Below are positions 1 to 9,881 of a stretch of DNA of 64,000 nt, piece by piece (within the stretch, counting starts at the first letter, position 1; each line of letters opens with the position of its first letter). The translations under genes and the position numbers were made by a program. The notes beneath the pieces were generated by a model. The model was not told the origin of the DNA. It saw nothing but the letters and a program-made list of their open reading frames with translations, and searched no databases. Source of the stretch: Propionicimonas sp. (GTDB lineage: Bacteria > Actinomycetota > Actinomycetes > Propionibacteriales > Propionibacteriaceae); assembly GCF_049840635.1 (NCBI RefSeq), contig NZ_JASGKL010000004.1, positions 380,605 through 444,604 on the forward strand, read 5' to 3'.

Positions 1-1569
1 GGGGTGCTCGTCGAGCACTACGTCGACCGCGCCTCGGCGACGTCCATGATCGGCAACATCTACCTCGGCCGGATCCAGAACGTGCTGCCCAGCATGGAGG
101 CGGCGTTCGTCGACATCGGACGCGGCCGCAACGCCGTCCTGTACGCGGGCGAGGTCGACTGGGAGTCGTTCGGCGTGACCGGCGCGGACAAGAAGGTCGA
201 GCGGGTCTTCAAGTCCGGCCAGCAGGTGCTGGTGCAGGTGAGCAAGGACCCGGTCGGCGCCAAGGGTGCGCGGCTGACGTCGCACATCTCGATCCCCGGC
301 CGCTACATCGTCTACTCGCCGGGCGGCCACCTGTCCGGGATCTCCCGCAAGCTGCCCGAGGGCGAGCGTCGGCGGCTGAAGTCGATCCTCGACGAGCTGA
401 TCGGCTCCGAGGCGTCCGTCATCGTCCGCACGGCGGCCGAGGGGGCCAGCGAGGACGAGCTCGTCCGTGACGTGAACCGCCTGAAGGCGCAGTGGGAGGT
501 GCTGGAGAAGAAGGTCAAGGCCGGCCAGGCGCCGCAGCAGCTCTACGCGGAGCCCGACCTCACCGTCCGGATCGTCCGTGACCTGTTCACCGAGGACTTC
601 GGCGCGCTGATCGTCGACGGCAACGGCGGTGCCGAGGACACCTACGACACGGTCGACGCCTACGTGCAGCACGTCGCGCCGCACCTCGCCGAGCGCCTCC
701 AGCGGTGGGACCGCACCGCCTCCGGCGACATCTTCGAGGCCTACCGCGTGCACGAGCAGGTGGCCAAGGCGCTCGAGCGCAAGGTGTTCCTGCCGTCGGG
801 CGGCTCGCTGATCATCGACCGCACCGAGGCGATGACGGTCATCGACGTCAACACCGGCAAGTTCACCGGGACGTCCGGCAACCTCGAGGCGACGGTCACG
901 TCCAACAACCTGGAGGCCGCGGAGGAGATCGTCCGCCAGCTGCGCCTGCGGGACATCGGCGGGATCATCGTGATCGACTTCATCGACATGGTCCTGCCGG
1001 CGAATCGCGAACTGCTGCTGCGTCGGCTGGTGGAGTGCCTGGGTCGTGACCGCACCCGCCACCAGGTGGCAGAGGTCACCTCGCTGGGCCTGGTGCAGAT
1101 GACCCGCAAGAAGATCGGCACCGGCCTCGCCGAGGCGTTCACGGTCGCCTGCGAGACGTGCCACGGCCGCGGGTACCACGTCCACGACGCACCGGTGGCG
1201 TCCCAGGCGCCTGCCGACGGCGGCGATCGGGACGGTTCCCGTCGTGGGCGCGGTGGTGCCCAGACGACCCGGCGCGCGCCGCGCGGCCGTCGGGAGGACC
1301 CGAAGCCCGCCGCCCCGTCGCCGGTGCTGCTGGCCGCGCACGCCCACGAGCACGCGCACCACGTGGACGCCCCCGAGCTGCCGCTCCCCGAGCCCGCGGA
1401 CGAACTCGCCCAGGCCGTCGCCGCCCTGCTGGCGCCGGACCCCGTGCCCGAACTCGCCCCCGCGGAGGACTCCGTGGTCGTCGAGGCCGTCGTGGTCGAA
1501 GAGCCGGTGGTGGTCGAGGTGGACGCGCCCGCGGACGCCGTCGTCGTGGTCGAGGAGCCCGCCGAGTAG
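1..1569 (+). CDS. rne: Rne/Rng family ribonuclease (RNase E/G), 5'-truncated by the window edge
   Basis: S1-domain GNIYLGRIQNVLPSMEAAFVDIG, catalytic-region DVNTGKF and IVRQLRLRDIGGIIVIDFIDM, Zn-link CETCHGRG, acidic low-complexity tail; typical position upstream of rplU-rpmA. Confidence 0.93.
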   Translation, partial: GVLVEHYVDRASATSMIGNIYLGRIQNVLPSMEAAFVDIGRGRNAVLYAGEVDWESFGVTGADKKVERVFKSGQQVLVQVSKDPVGAKGARLTSHISIPGRYIVYSPGGHLSGISRKLPEGERRRLKSILDELIGSEASVIVRTAAEGASEDELVRDVNRLKAQWEVLEKKVKAGQAPQQLYAEPDLTVRIVRDLFTEDFGALIVDGNGGAEDTYDTVDAYVQHVAPHLAERLQRWDRTASGDIFEAYRVHEQVAKALERKVFLPSGGSLIIDRTEAMTVIDVNTGKFTGTSGNLEATVTSNNLEAAEEIVRQLRLRDIGGIIVIDFIDMVLPANRELLLRRLVECLGRDRTRHQVAEVTSLGLVQMTRKKIGTGLAEAFTVACETCHGRGYHVHDAPVASQAPADGGDRDGSRRGRGGAQTTRRAPRGRREDPKPAAPSPVLLAAHAHEHAHHVDAPELPLPEPADELAQAVAALLAPDPVPELAPAEDSVVVEAVVVEEPVVVEVDAPADAVVVVEEPAE

Positions 1570-1575
1570 TGGCAT

Positions 1576-1667
1576 CGTCATCCCGGGATGACGGGTCTTC
1601 CTGTCATCCCGGGCTTGACCCGGGATCTGGTGCCTTCGTGTCATCCCGGGCTTGACCCGGGATCTCC
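1576..1667. repeat. REP-like palindrome cluster (GTCATCCCG family)
   Basis: Perfect 18-bp palindrome CGTCATCCCGGGATGACG (1576-1593), then two copies of TGTCATCCCGGGCTTGACCCGGGATCT (from 1602 and 1639), between convergent rne and nadE. Confidence 0.85.
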
Positions 1668-1678
1668 TCGACGCCGAA

Positions 1679-3718
1679 CTACGCCTTCGGCACCTTCGCC
1701 AGGTCGTCCAGCCAGAGCGCCGCGGACGTGTCCGACGGCGCCCTCCAGTCGCCGCGCGGGGACAGCGAGCCGCCGCGGACGACCTTGGGCCCGTTCGGCA
1801 GCGCCGAGCGCTTGAACTGGGCGAAGCCGAAGAACCGCTTGCAGAACACCTCCAGCCACTTCGTGATCGTGGCCAGGTCGTAGGACGTCCGCTCGTCGGT
1901 GGGGAAGCCCTCCGGCCACTCGCCCGCGTCCGCGTCCCGCCAGGCGTGCCAGGCGAGGAAGGCGATCTTGGACGGCTTCATGCCGCGGCGCAGGACGTGG
2001 AACAGCGTGAAGTCCTGCAGCGAGTACGGCCCGATGGCGGCCTCCGTCGACTGGGGCGTCTCTCCCTCACCGACCGGCACCAGCTCCGGGGTGATCTCGG
2101 TGTCGAGGATCGCCTGGAGCGTCACCGACACCGCGTCCTCGAACTGCTCCGAGCTGATCACCCAGCGGATCAGGTGCTGCATGAGCGTCTTCGGCACGCC
2201 ACCGTTCACGTTGTAGTGGCTCATCTGGTCGCCCACGCCGTACGTGCACCACCCCAGCGCGAGCTCGGACAGGTCGCCGGTGCCGAGCACGATGCCGCCG
2301 CGCTGGTTGGCCAGCCGGAACAGGTAGTCCGTCCGCAGCCCTGCCTGGACGTTCTCGAACGTGACGTCGTAGACCGGCTCACCGTCCGCGAACGGATGGT
2401 CGATCTCGGCGAGCATCGTCCGGGCCGTGCCGGTGATGTCGAGCTCTGCGAACGTCACGCCCAGGGCCGTGGCCAGCGCAGTCGCGTTGTTCTTGGTGTG
2501 GGCGGACGTGGCGAAGCCCGGCATCGTGAACGCGAGGATGTCGGTGCGGGGGCGGCCCAGCCGGTCCATCGCGCGCGCGGCGACGATCAGCGCGTGGGTG
2601 GAGTCCAGGCCCCCGGAGACGCCGATCACGATCTTCGGCTGCCCGATCGCCTTCAGCCGCTGCTCGAGTCCCGAGACCTGGATGTTGTAGGCCTCGTAGC
2701 AGTCCTGCGCGAGCCGGGCCGCGTCCGCCGGCACGAACGGGAACCGCGCGAGCGGACGCCGAAGGCCGAGGTCGCCAGTGGGCGGGTCGAGGTCGAAGGT
2801 GACCGTGCGGTACTCGTTGACGCGCTCGGCGTGCGTGCGGCGGTTGTCGTCGAACGTGCCCTGGCGGATCCGGTCCTGGACGAGCGAGCCCAGGTCGAGG
2901 TCGGCGATGGACGCCTGCGCGCCCTTCGGGAACCGCGCGGAGGAGGCCAGCAGCGTCCCCGACTCGTAGACGAGCGTCTGGCCGTCCCAGGACAGGTCGG
3001 TGGACGACTCGCCCTCGCCGGCGGCGGCGTAGACGTAGCCGGCGATCAGCCGGGATGAGCCGGACGCGCACAGCAGCTTGCGTTCCTCCGCCTTCGCGAC
3101 CGTGATCGGGGAGCCGGAGAGGTTCGCGATCACCGTGGCGCCGGCCAGGGCCGCCTCGGCGGACGGCGGGACCGGCACCCACATGTCCTCGCAGATCTCC
3201 ACGTTCAGCACGAAGCCGGGGACGTCGTCGGCGGCGAACAGCAGGTCGGAGCCGAACGGGACGTCCTCGCCGGCCACCCGGATCTCGCCGGTGACGTCGT
3301 CGCCCGGCCCGATCTGGCGGCGCTCGTAGAACTCGCGGTAGGTGGGCAGGTACGACTTCGGCACCACGCCGAGGACCTGGCCGCGGTGGATCACGACCGC
3401 GCAGTTGTAGAGCCGGTTGAGGCTGACCAGCGGGGCGCCCACCACGACTACGCAGCCGAGGTCGGCGGTCTGCGGGACGAGCCACGCCAGCGCCTCCTGC
3501 ACGGCGTCGATGACGGTGTCCTGCAGCAGCAGGTCCTCGATGGAGTAGCCGCTGAGCGTGAGTTCGGGGAAGACCGCAAGGCACGCGCCCGCGTCCGCGC
3601 ACTCGCGGGCCCGCGCGAGCACGGCCTCGGCGTTGGCTCTCGGCTGCACCATCGCGATCGGCAGCGTGCAGGCCGCAACGCGGGCGAACCCGTGCTCGTA
3701 GAGGTTGTAGAAGTCCAT
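1679..3718 (-). CDS. nadE: Glutamine-dependent NAD(+) synthetase
   Basis: N-terminal nitrilase domain ([29 protein letters not shown]); synthetase motifs [37 protein letters not shown]. Confidence 0.96.
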   Translation of the reverse strand: MDFYNLYEHGFARVAACTLPIAMVQPRANAEAVLARARECADAGACLAVFPELTLSGYSIEDLLLQDTVIDAVQEALAWLVPQTADLGCVVVVGAPLVSLNRLYNCAVVIHRGQVLGVVPKSYLPTYREFYERRQIGPGDDVTGEIRVAGEDVPFGSDLLFAADDVPGFVLNVEICEDMWVPVPPSAEAALAGATVIANLSGSPITVAKAEERKLLCASGSSRLIAGYVYAAAGEGESSTDLSWDGQTLVYESGTLLASSARFPKGAQASIADLDLGSLVQDRIRQGTFDDNRRTHAERVNEYRTVTFDLDPPTGDLGLRRPLARFPFVPADAARLAQDCYEAYNIQVSGLEQRLKAIGQPKIVIGVSGGLDSTHALIVAARAMDRLGRPRTDILAFTMPGFATSAHTKNNATALATALGVTFAELDITGTARTMLAEIDHPFADGEPVYDVTFENVQAGLRTDYLFRLANQRGGIVLGTGDLSELALGWCTYGVGDQMSHYNVNGGVPKTLMQHLIRWVISSEQFEDAVSVTLQAILDTEITPELVPVGEGETPQSTEAAIGPYSLQDFTLFHVLRRGMKPSKIAFLAWHAWRDADAGEWPEGFPTDERTSYDLATITKWLEVFCKRFFGFAQFKRSALPNGPKVVRGGSLSPRGDWRAPSDTSAALWLDDLAKVPKA

Positions 3719-3788
3719 CGGCGCTCCTGGCTACGGTGTCGCGCTCAGCATGCCACGCGCGATCGCCCGGACGCGCCACACTGGGTCC

Positions 3789-4469
3789 ATGGCGGACGTG
3801 CTGCGCGTGGACACCCCGGACGGGCCCGGCGAACTGGTGGTGGACGCGTCGGCCGCGCCCACCGCGCTGCTGGTGCTCGGCCACGGGGCGGGCGGCGGCG
3901 TGGACGCCTGGGATCTCGCGCTGCTGACGCGCGAACTGCCCGGCTCCGGGGTGAGTGTGCTGCGCTACCGCCAGCCCTGGCTGGTGGCCGGGCGCCGCGT
4001 CGCCGGCAACCCGGCCAGCCTCGACCGGGGCTGGCTGCCCGCCGTCGCCGCGGTCAGGGAGGCGGCAGACGGCGTGCCGGTGTTCGTCGGTGGACGCAGC
4101 GCGGGCGCTCGCTGCGCGTGCCGATGCTTTGACGCGTCCCTGGCCGGGCTCGTCGCCCTGTCGTTCCCGCTGCACCCGCCGGGCACGCCGGCGAAGTCGC
4201 GCGTGGCCGAACTCGCCGGCGTGGCCGGGCCGGTGCTGGTGGTGCAGGGTGCGTCCGACCCGTTCGGCGGACCGGCGGACGTCGCCCGCGCGCTGGCCGA
4301 CGCCGGGGCGTCCGGCGAGCGGATCGTCCACGTCCCCGGAGCCACCCACTCGCTGGCTCCCACGAAGAGCATGCCCGCGGCGTCCGTGGGCGCCCGCGAG
4401 CAGCTCCTGGTCGGCGCCGTCCTGACCTTCATCGCCGACGTCCGCGACCCCGTCCCCGCCGCCGAGTAG
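3789..4469 (+). CDS. Alpha/beta hydrolase family protein
   Basis: LGHGAGGG, nucleophile elbow GGRSAGAR, FPLHPPG, QGASDPFG, GATHSL; start may be 3750 or 3789. Confidence 0.85.
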   Translation: MADVLRVDTPDGPGELVVDASAAPTALLVLGHGAGGGVDAWDLALLTRELPGSGVSVLRYRQPWLVAGRRVAGNPASLDRGWLPAVAAVREAADGVPVFVGGRSAGARCACRCFDASLAGLVALSFPLHPPGTPAKSRVAELAGVAGPVLVVQGASDPFGGPADVARALADAGASGERIVHVPGATHSLAPTKSMPAASVGAREQLLVGAVLTFIADVRDPVPAAE

Positions 4470-4470
4470 G

Positions 4471-4696
4471 CCGTCCACCACAAGGTGGACGGAAAGTCGC
4501 GACTACACGGCAAATCCGTCCACTTCACGGTGGACGGGGGCGGCGTCCGCGACAAGGTGGACGGATAGTCGCGAGTACACCGCACAACCGTCCACTTCAA
4601 GGTGGACGCGGCCGCGGGCCACGTCAAGGTGGACGGAAAGTCGCGAGTTCGCCGCACAACCGTCCACTTCAGGGTGGACGGGAGCGGCGTCGGAGC
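4471..4696. repeat. Tandem array of three 72-bp internally palindromic units
   Basis: Units start at 4481, 4553 and 4625: CAAGGTGGACGG-A(A/T)AGTCGCGA-N13-CCGTCCACTTC-N1-2-GGTGGACG plus about 15 variable bp. Confidence 0.88.
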
Positions 4697-4698
4697 CC

Positions 4699-4727
4699 TG
4701 TCATCCCGGGCTGGACCCGGGATCTCC
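4699..4727. repeat. Single REP-like palindrome (GTCATCCCG family)
   Basis: TGTCATCCCGGGCTGGACCCGGGATCTCC, one mismatch to the copy at 1639-1667. Confidence 0.8.
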
Positions 4728-4857
4728 GCCGCGCTGCCTGCACCCCCCGCGCCGGGCGGTGGGGGCCGGACGGCTCCCGCCGTGGCGTGATCCTGCCGCG
4801 CTGCGCGCGAACTGTGACAGGAGGGGCCTCTGGGACAGGCAGGGCGGCGAGATCGCG

Positions 4858-5376
4858 TCAGCGCTGCACGGGGACGGCTGCCCGCTCTCGGGCGAGCAGC
4901 GAGCGCTTCACCTCGACGCCCCAGGCGAAGCCGCCCATCGTGCCGTCGCCGCGTAGTACACGGTGGCACGGGACGAACAGCGCGGGCGCGTTCGTCGCGC
5001 AGATGCTGGCGGCGGCGCGCACCGCGGTCGGGCTGCCGAGGACCTCCGCGAACGCCGCGTACGACAACGGGTGGCCCGGCGGGATCTCCCGCAGCTGCCG
5101 CCAGCCGCGCAGGCGCCAGTCGCTGCCGGCCTGCCGCACCGGCACGTCGTCGATGGCGGCCAGGTCGCCCGCGTAGTAGCGGCGGACGGCGTCCGTGGGG
5201 CCCGCGACCTCGGCGTCGTCGAGGTCCGCCGCTTCGACCGTGTCCGGGCGCTCGGCGGGACGCAGCCGGGCGAGGATCACCTCCGGGTCGCCCGTCCAGC
5301 CGGACGCGAGGACGACCCCGTCCTCGGCGAGCAGGGTGAACGGCCCGTCGGCGGTGTCGATCGTGGTGAGCTTCAT
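4858..5376 (-). CDS. ogt: Methylated-DNA-[protein]-cysteine S-methyltransferase
   Basis: [18 protein letters not shown], active-site VPCHRV; ATG at 5376 overlaps the alkA stop. Confidence 0.93.
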   Translation of the reverse strand: MKLTTIDTADGPFTLLAEDGVVLASGWTGDPEVILARLRPAERPDTVEAADLDDAEVAGPTDAVRRYYAGDLAAIDDVPVRQAGSDWRLRGWRQLREIPPGHPLSYAAFAEVLGSPTAVRAAASICATNAPALFVPCHRVLRGDGTMGGFAWGVEVKRSLLARERAAVPVQR

Positions 5377-6867
5377 CGGGTTTCCTTCCTCGGTGTGGCG
5401 GCGCGCCACAGGTGCAGGGCGGCGTAGGACCGCCACGGCGAGAGTCGTGCGCCCCAGGCCGCGAGTTCGCGGGGGGAGTCGGGCAGGCCGAGGGCCGCGG
5501 CGCCCTTGCGCAGGGCGACGTCGCCGGTCGGCAGGATGTCCGGGTGCCCGAGGACGCGCATGGCGACGTACCCGGCCGTCCACTCGCCGATCCCGGGCAG
5601 CGCGACCAGGCGGTCGTGCTGGGCGACGGGGTCGTCGGCCCAGGACAGGTCGAGCTCACCGATGGCGAGCCGCTCGCAGATCGCCAGGATGTGGGCGATC
5701 CGCGTCCGGGGGCCGACCAGGACCTCGCGGCCGTGCTCGACCACCTGCGCCGGCGTAGGGAACAGCAGTCCGAGCCGATCGACGGGGGAGGGCACGGTCG
5801 TCCCGCACGCCTGCGCGAGCCGGGACAGCTGGGTGCGGGCGGCCGCGACCGAGATTCTGCTGGCCGACCAGCGCCCGCAGCAGCATCTCGTGGGGGTCGA
5901 CAGCTCCCGGCAGCCGGATCCCCGGCGTGGCCGCGAGGGACGCGGTGAGCGCAGGCTCGGCGGCGAGTGCCTGGTCGATGCCGACCGGATCGGCGTCGGC
6001 GTCGAAGAGCCGGCGCACCCTGGCGACGAGCGGGGCGAGGTCGGCCAGCGTGGTCAGGGTCGCCGACAGCGACAGCCGGTCGGCGTCCGCGCGCACCTCG
6101 AAGGTGGCCGGCCCTCGGGGCAGGAGGAGCGTCCGCGCGTAGTGGTCGGGGCCCGCGTCCTCGACGCCCGGCAGCGCCCGTGCGGCGAGCCACGCGAACA
6201 CCCCGGCCGCGTCGAACGGCAGCCGCACGGGCAGCGCCAGCCGCACCCGTACCCCGTCCGCCGATCCGGACGCGGGGTGGGCGGCGGGCCCCGAGCCGTC
6301 GGCAGTGCGGCGTGGACGGGTGGCGCGCAGCGCGGACGGCGTCCGGTCGTACACCTCGGCGACGGTGTCGTTGAACTGCCGGATGCTGCCGAAGCCGGAC
6401 GCGAACGCGATGTCGCTGATCGACAGGTCGGTGGAGACCAGCAGTTCGCGGGCCACCTGGGCGCGGTGCGCGCGGGCCAGGGCCAGCGGCCCCGCGCCCA
6501 GTTCGCCGCCGAGCAGCCGGTTGAGGTGACGGGTCGTGTAGCCGAGCCGGCCGGCGAGCCCCGGCACCCCCTCGCGCTCGACCACCCCGTCGGCGATCAG
6601 CCGCATGGCGCGCGCGGCTGCGTCCTGTCGCAGGTTCCACTCCGGGGAGCCGGGGACGGCGTCCGGCAGGCACCGCTTGCACGCCCGGTAGCCGGACTCG
6701 TGCGCCGCCGCGCTGGTTGCGAAGAACTCCACGTTCGCCGGTTTGGGCGTGCGCGCGGGGCAGGACGGCCGGCAGTAGATGCCCGTGGAGCGGACCGCGG
6801 TGACGAACGCGCCGTCGAAGCGGGCGTCCTTCGTTGTGACCGCCCGATAGCGCTGCTCGAAGTCCAT
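5373..6867 (-). CDS. alkA: Ada/AlkA fusion (Ada metal-binding domain, AraC HTH, DNA-3-methyladenine glycosylase); split by a +1 frameshift at 5855-5856
   Basis: [11 protein letters not shown] and GYRACKRC Zn site, AraC region, LPGIGEWTA HhH motif; removing one T at 5855/5856 restores [11 protein letters not shown] and joins the 5656..6879 and 5373..5795 ORFs. Confidence 0.9.
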
Positions 6868-6926
6868 ACCGACCAGCATGGCAGGCCGCCCACGCCCGAA
6901 CTAGCGGAAATCGGACGCGGCCGTGA

Positions 6927-6956
6927 CCTGTGGACAACTCCTTCCTTGTCCACAGG
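6927..6956. promoter_or_regulatory. Inverted pair of DnaA-box-like nonamers
   Basis: CCTGTGGACAA-N8-TTGTCCACAGG, a perfect 11-bp inverted repeat in the divergent region between alkA and the 6998 ORF. Confidence 0.55.
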
Positions 6957-6997
6957 TGGCGCAGGTCGGTGACCGGTTCTGGGCCGATCTGCCGAAG

Positions 6998-7966
6998 ATG
7001 TGGGGCGTGCGGACGAGAACACCCTTTCCCTTTCCCGCGGTGCCCACGGCCGGCCGCGACCTGATCGCGCTGGGCGCCAGCAAGCACCGGCTCGAGGAGG
7101 CGGTTCGCGACGGCCGCCTCCTCCGGGTGCGACGTGGTGTGTATCTGGATGCGACGAAGTGGCCGGCCGACCCGCGCGAGCAGCACCTGGTACGGGCGTG
7201 CGCCCAGCAGGCCTACCAGGCCGAAGGGGTCGTGTCACACCGGTCTGCGGCCGCCTGGTGGCGCATCCCGCTGCCCTCCACCGACTGGGTCGACGAACCG
7301 GCCTGGCTCACCCTCCCGGCCGGCGCATCGTTCCGGTCCGAGCGTTCTCCCGGTGTGGTGCAACTCGTCGCGCGCCTGCCCCGTCACCAGGTGGGGACGA
7401 TCGACGGCGGGTTCCCGGTCACCACGATCGCCAGGACGGCCGCCGACCTGGTCCGGACCCTGGAGTTGCCGGAGGCGCTGGTGGTGCTCGACGGCGCGCT
7501 GCGCCTGTTGTGCGCAGACCTGGTGCTCAACCCTCGGCGCTCCGACTACCGCAACCAGCGATTGGTCGAGGCCGCACGGGCACCCGTGCGCGACGCGATG
7601 GCCGGGCGGGGGATGGCCGCGGCGCGGCGCTGGCTCGAGGTGGCCGATCCGGTCCGGGAGAGTCCCATCGAGTCCCTCGCGTTCGGGCACATGATGTTGG
7701 CGGGCCTTCCGCTGCCCGAGTGCCAGGTTCCCATCGCGACGCCGCTGGGGACCTTCTTCCCCGACTTCTACTGGCGCGACCAGGACCTGATCGGGGAGGC
7801 GGACGGGCGGAGCAAGTACGCCGACGCTGGCGACATGATCGCGGAGAAGCGGCGCGAGCAGGTGCTGCGTGACCAGGGCCATCGTTTCGTGCGCTGGGAT
7901 GGCGGGGAGATCCACGCTCGCCCGCACGTGGTGATGGCACGGATCGGCAGGGCGCTCGGGCTGTGA
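6998..7966 (+). CDS. AbiEi-like HTH plus C-terminal DUF559/Vsr-like nuclease-fold protein (actinobacterial hypothetical family)
   Basis: N-terminal LLRVRRGVY, VVSHRSAAAWW, TTIARTAADL, RESPIESL, C-terminal PDFYWRDQDLIGEADGRSKY and RFVRW; start uncertain (6923/6998/7007). Confidence 0.75.
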   Translation: MWGVRTRTPFPFPAVPTAGRDLIALGASKHRLEEAVRDGRLLRVRRGVYLDATKWPADPREQHLVRACAQQAYQAEGVVSHRSAAAWWRIPLPSTDWVDEPAWLTLPAGASFRSERSPGVVQLVARLPRHQVGTIDGGFPVTTIARTAADLVRTLELPEALVVLDGALRLLCADLVLNPRRSDYRNQRLVEAARAPVRDAMAGRGMAAARRWLEVADPVRESPIESLAFGHMMLAGLPLPECQVPIATPLGTFFPDFYWRDQDLIGEADGRSKYADAGDMIAEKRREQVLRDQGHRFVRWDGGEIHARPHVVMARIGRALGL

Positions 7967-8134
7967 GAGTGCGGCTTTTCGCCCAGAATGGGACCGCCGA
8001 GATCCGGATGGTGGGGTAGTTGCGCCTTTCGGCCCGGTTCCAGTCCAGTGGGAGCGGGTTTCACGGGGCCGAAAGTCGCGACTCGGGCTGTCAGCCCGGG
8101 CCGGGTCTCCGGAGCCGTGCCGAAAGTCGCGAAC
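7967..8134. repeat. Nested 2+2 inverted repeat element with 51-bp spacing
   Basis: Reverse-orientation motif copies at 7967 and 8018; forward copies G(G/T)GCCGAAAGTCGCGA at 8066 and 8117; both pairs symmetric about 8050.5. Confidence 0.75.
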
Positions 8135-8304
8135 GCGCGGCGCGGGCCGAGGCCGGTTTGACCCCCTCCACCGAGGGGCCGTAGTCTTGACCCTCGGTGC
8201 TCACTGGGCAGGCGAAGCGTCGCCCGGGGCATTCAACAGAGCACACACCTCGTCCCGTCGGGGATGGGTGCGTGTCGGACAGAGCTTAGGGAAGTGGGTC
8301 GGGC

Positions 8305-8613
8305 GTGTACGCGATCGTGCGCAGTGGTGGCCGCCAGCACAAGGTTGCTGTGGGCGACATCGTGGAGATCGACAAGGTCGAGGCGAAGGCCGGCGACAGC
8401 GTTTCGCTGACCCCGCTGCTGCTCGTCGACGGCGACAAGATCACCGCAGATGCGAAGAAGCTCGGCAAGGCGAGCGTCACCGCCGAGGTGATCGCCGAGA
8501 CCAAGGGTCCGAAGATCCGGATCATCAAGTTCAAGAACAAGACCGGCTACAAGAAGCGCCAGGGCCACCGCCAGCGCTACACGCAGGTCAAGGTCACGGG
8601 CATCGAGAGCTGA
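8305..8613 (+). CDS. rplU: 50S ribosomal protein L21
   Basis: [14 protein letters not shown]...[19 protein letters not shown]. Confidence 0.98.
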   Translation: MYAIVRSGGRQHKVAVGDIVEIDKVEAKAGDSVSLTPLLLVDGDKITADAKKLGKASVTAEVIAETKGPKIRIIKFKNKTGYKKRQGHRQRYTQVKVTGIES

Positions 8614-8623
8614 GGCAACTGAC

Positions 8624-8884
8624 ATGGCACACAAGAAGGGCGCATCGTCCTCCCGCAACGGGCGCGACTCCAACTCGCAGCGCCTCGGCGTGAAGCGCTT
8701 CGGCGGCGAGCAGGTCAACGCCGGCGAGATCATCGTCCGGCAGCGCGGCACCCACTTCCACCCCGGTGAGGGCGTGGGACGCGGTGGCGACGACACCCTG
8801 TTCGCGCTCCGCGCGGGCAAGGTCGAGTTCGGCACTCGGCGTGGCCGCCGCGTGGTGAACATCGCGGTCGAGGATGCCCAGTAG
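8624..8884 (+). CDS. rpmA: 50S ribosomal protein L27
   Basis: [28 protein letters not shown]. Confidence 0.98.
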   Translation: MAHKKGASSSRNGRDSNSQRLGVKRFGGEQVNAGEIIVRQRGTHFHPGEGVGRGGDDTLFALRAGKVEFGTRRGRRVVNIAVEDAQ

Positions 8885-8907
8885 GCGCGCGGCACCAGAA
8901 GACGCAA

Positions 8908-8937
8908 GGAAAGGGCGGCCCTCGGGCCGCCCTTTCC
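8908..8937 (+). terminator. Intrinsic terminator hairpin after rpmA
   Basis: GGAAAGGGCGGCCC-TC-GGGCCGCCCTTTCC perfect 14-bp stem. Confidence 0.75.
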
Positions 8938-9000
8938 GTGTGTGCGGGCTCGTCCAATGTGCGCATGGGCGCCCGCAGGGAGCTTTCGTAGGATCGGCCC

Positions 9001-9813
9001 ATGGCTGCGCGACGGCGGGCGATGGCCGCTCTCGGCGCCGCAGTCGCCGGTGTCCTGCTCAGCGGCTGCCACGTCCAGGGCACGGTCGACGTGCTCTCGA
9101 CCGAGGGGGCATCGCTCGACCTCCTGGTGAGCGACTTCACCTTCGAGTGTGTGCCGAGCAGTGAGCCGCTCGCGTCCGTCCGACTCGAGCCGGGGCCCGA
9201 TGTGCTCGGCAGCGCGACGTGCCACGTGTCCGGCAGGATGCCGCTGTCCAGCCTCGGCTTCTCCGACTTCCACGCGTCCGCCGTCGGCGAGTACTGGACG
9301 TTCGACGGCGCCCTGAACAGCAACCGCGGCGGCTGGCCGGATGACGAGATCGAGGTGCGATTCCCGGGCGACGTCCTGGAGTCCAACCAGGGCACGATCC
9401 GCGGCCGCAGCCTCCTGCTGAACCCCGCGAGGCTCACCAGCGGTCAGATCCGGGTCGTCACCCTCAACAGGCCGGGGCCGGCGAACTGGGTGGTCGCCGC
9501 TGCGGCCGGCGGCGTGGCGGGGATCGTCCTCACCATCCTCCTCGCGTCGTTGATCCGGTGGCTGAACCCCCCGCGTCCGGTGCTGCCGGCTCCGGTGGAC
9601 GCCGAGGCGGACGCGCCCGATCCACAAGCGCCCACCCGGGACAGCGAGCGGCCGCCGGTCGACCCGACCGGGACCGCACCCGAGCGGCCGGTGATCGACC
9701 ACGCCTGGTTCGCCACGCCAGGGGGAGAGCCATCGCTCGCGGGTCCGGCACCTCCCGTGGACGCCACCGCGTCCGTCGACCACTCGATCTGGGCCTCTCC
9801 CGAGGACCGCTGA
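9001..9813 (+). CDS. Putative lipoprotein with C-terminal TM helix and Pro-rich tail (LppM-like)
   Basis: Lipobox LLSGC, beta-rich ectodomain, TM GVAGIVLTILLASLI, tail ending DHSIWASPEDR. Confidence 0.65.
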   Translation: MAARRRAMAALGAAVAGVLLSGCHVQGTVDVLSTEGASLDLLVSDFTFECVPSSEPLASVRLEPGPDVLGSATCHVSGRMPLSSLGFSDFHASAVGEYWTFDGALNSNRGGWPDDEIEVRFPGDVLESNQGTIRGRSLLLNPARLTSGQIRVVTLNRPGPANWVVAAAAGGVAGIVLTILLASLIRWLNPPRPVLPAPVDAEADAPDPQAPTRDSERPPVDPTGTAPERPVIDHAWFATPGGEPSLAGPAPPVDATASVDHSIWASPEDR

Positions 9814-9881
9814 GCAGCGCCGGCCCCGGCGGGAGGGACGCCCCTGGTGCCCGGCCCGAGGCCCCCGGTTAGGATCGCGCC

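Noticed and set aside
1400-1569. Val/Glu/Pro repeats at the end of rne as a separate repeat element
   Set aside because: This is the normal low-complexity disordered tail of actinobacterial RNase E/G.
4481-4696. CRISPR array
   Set aside because: The conserved part is about 57 bp with spacers of only about 15 bp, there are three units, and no cas genes are in the window.
6880-6920. Ada or LexA operator upstream of alkA
   Set aside because: No CGAAC-N4-GTTCG match; CTAGCGGAAATCGGAC is only suggestive and cannot be tied to a known consensus without an alignment.
3965-7186. 1073-aa minus-strand ORF and similar long Arg/Pro/Gly-rich ORFs (e.g. 58341..61541, 2379..4481, 48172..50229)
   Set aside because: Shadow frames of high-GC coding DNA that overlap well-supported genes and have no recognisable motifs.
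8160-8304. L21-type ribosomal leader RNA
   Set aside because: The 5' region is plausible for autoregulation, but I could not support a defined conserved structure from the sequence alone.
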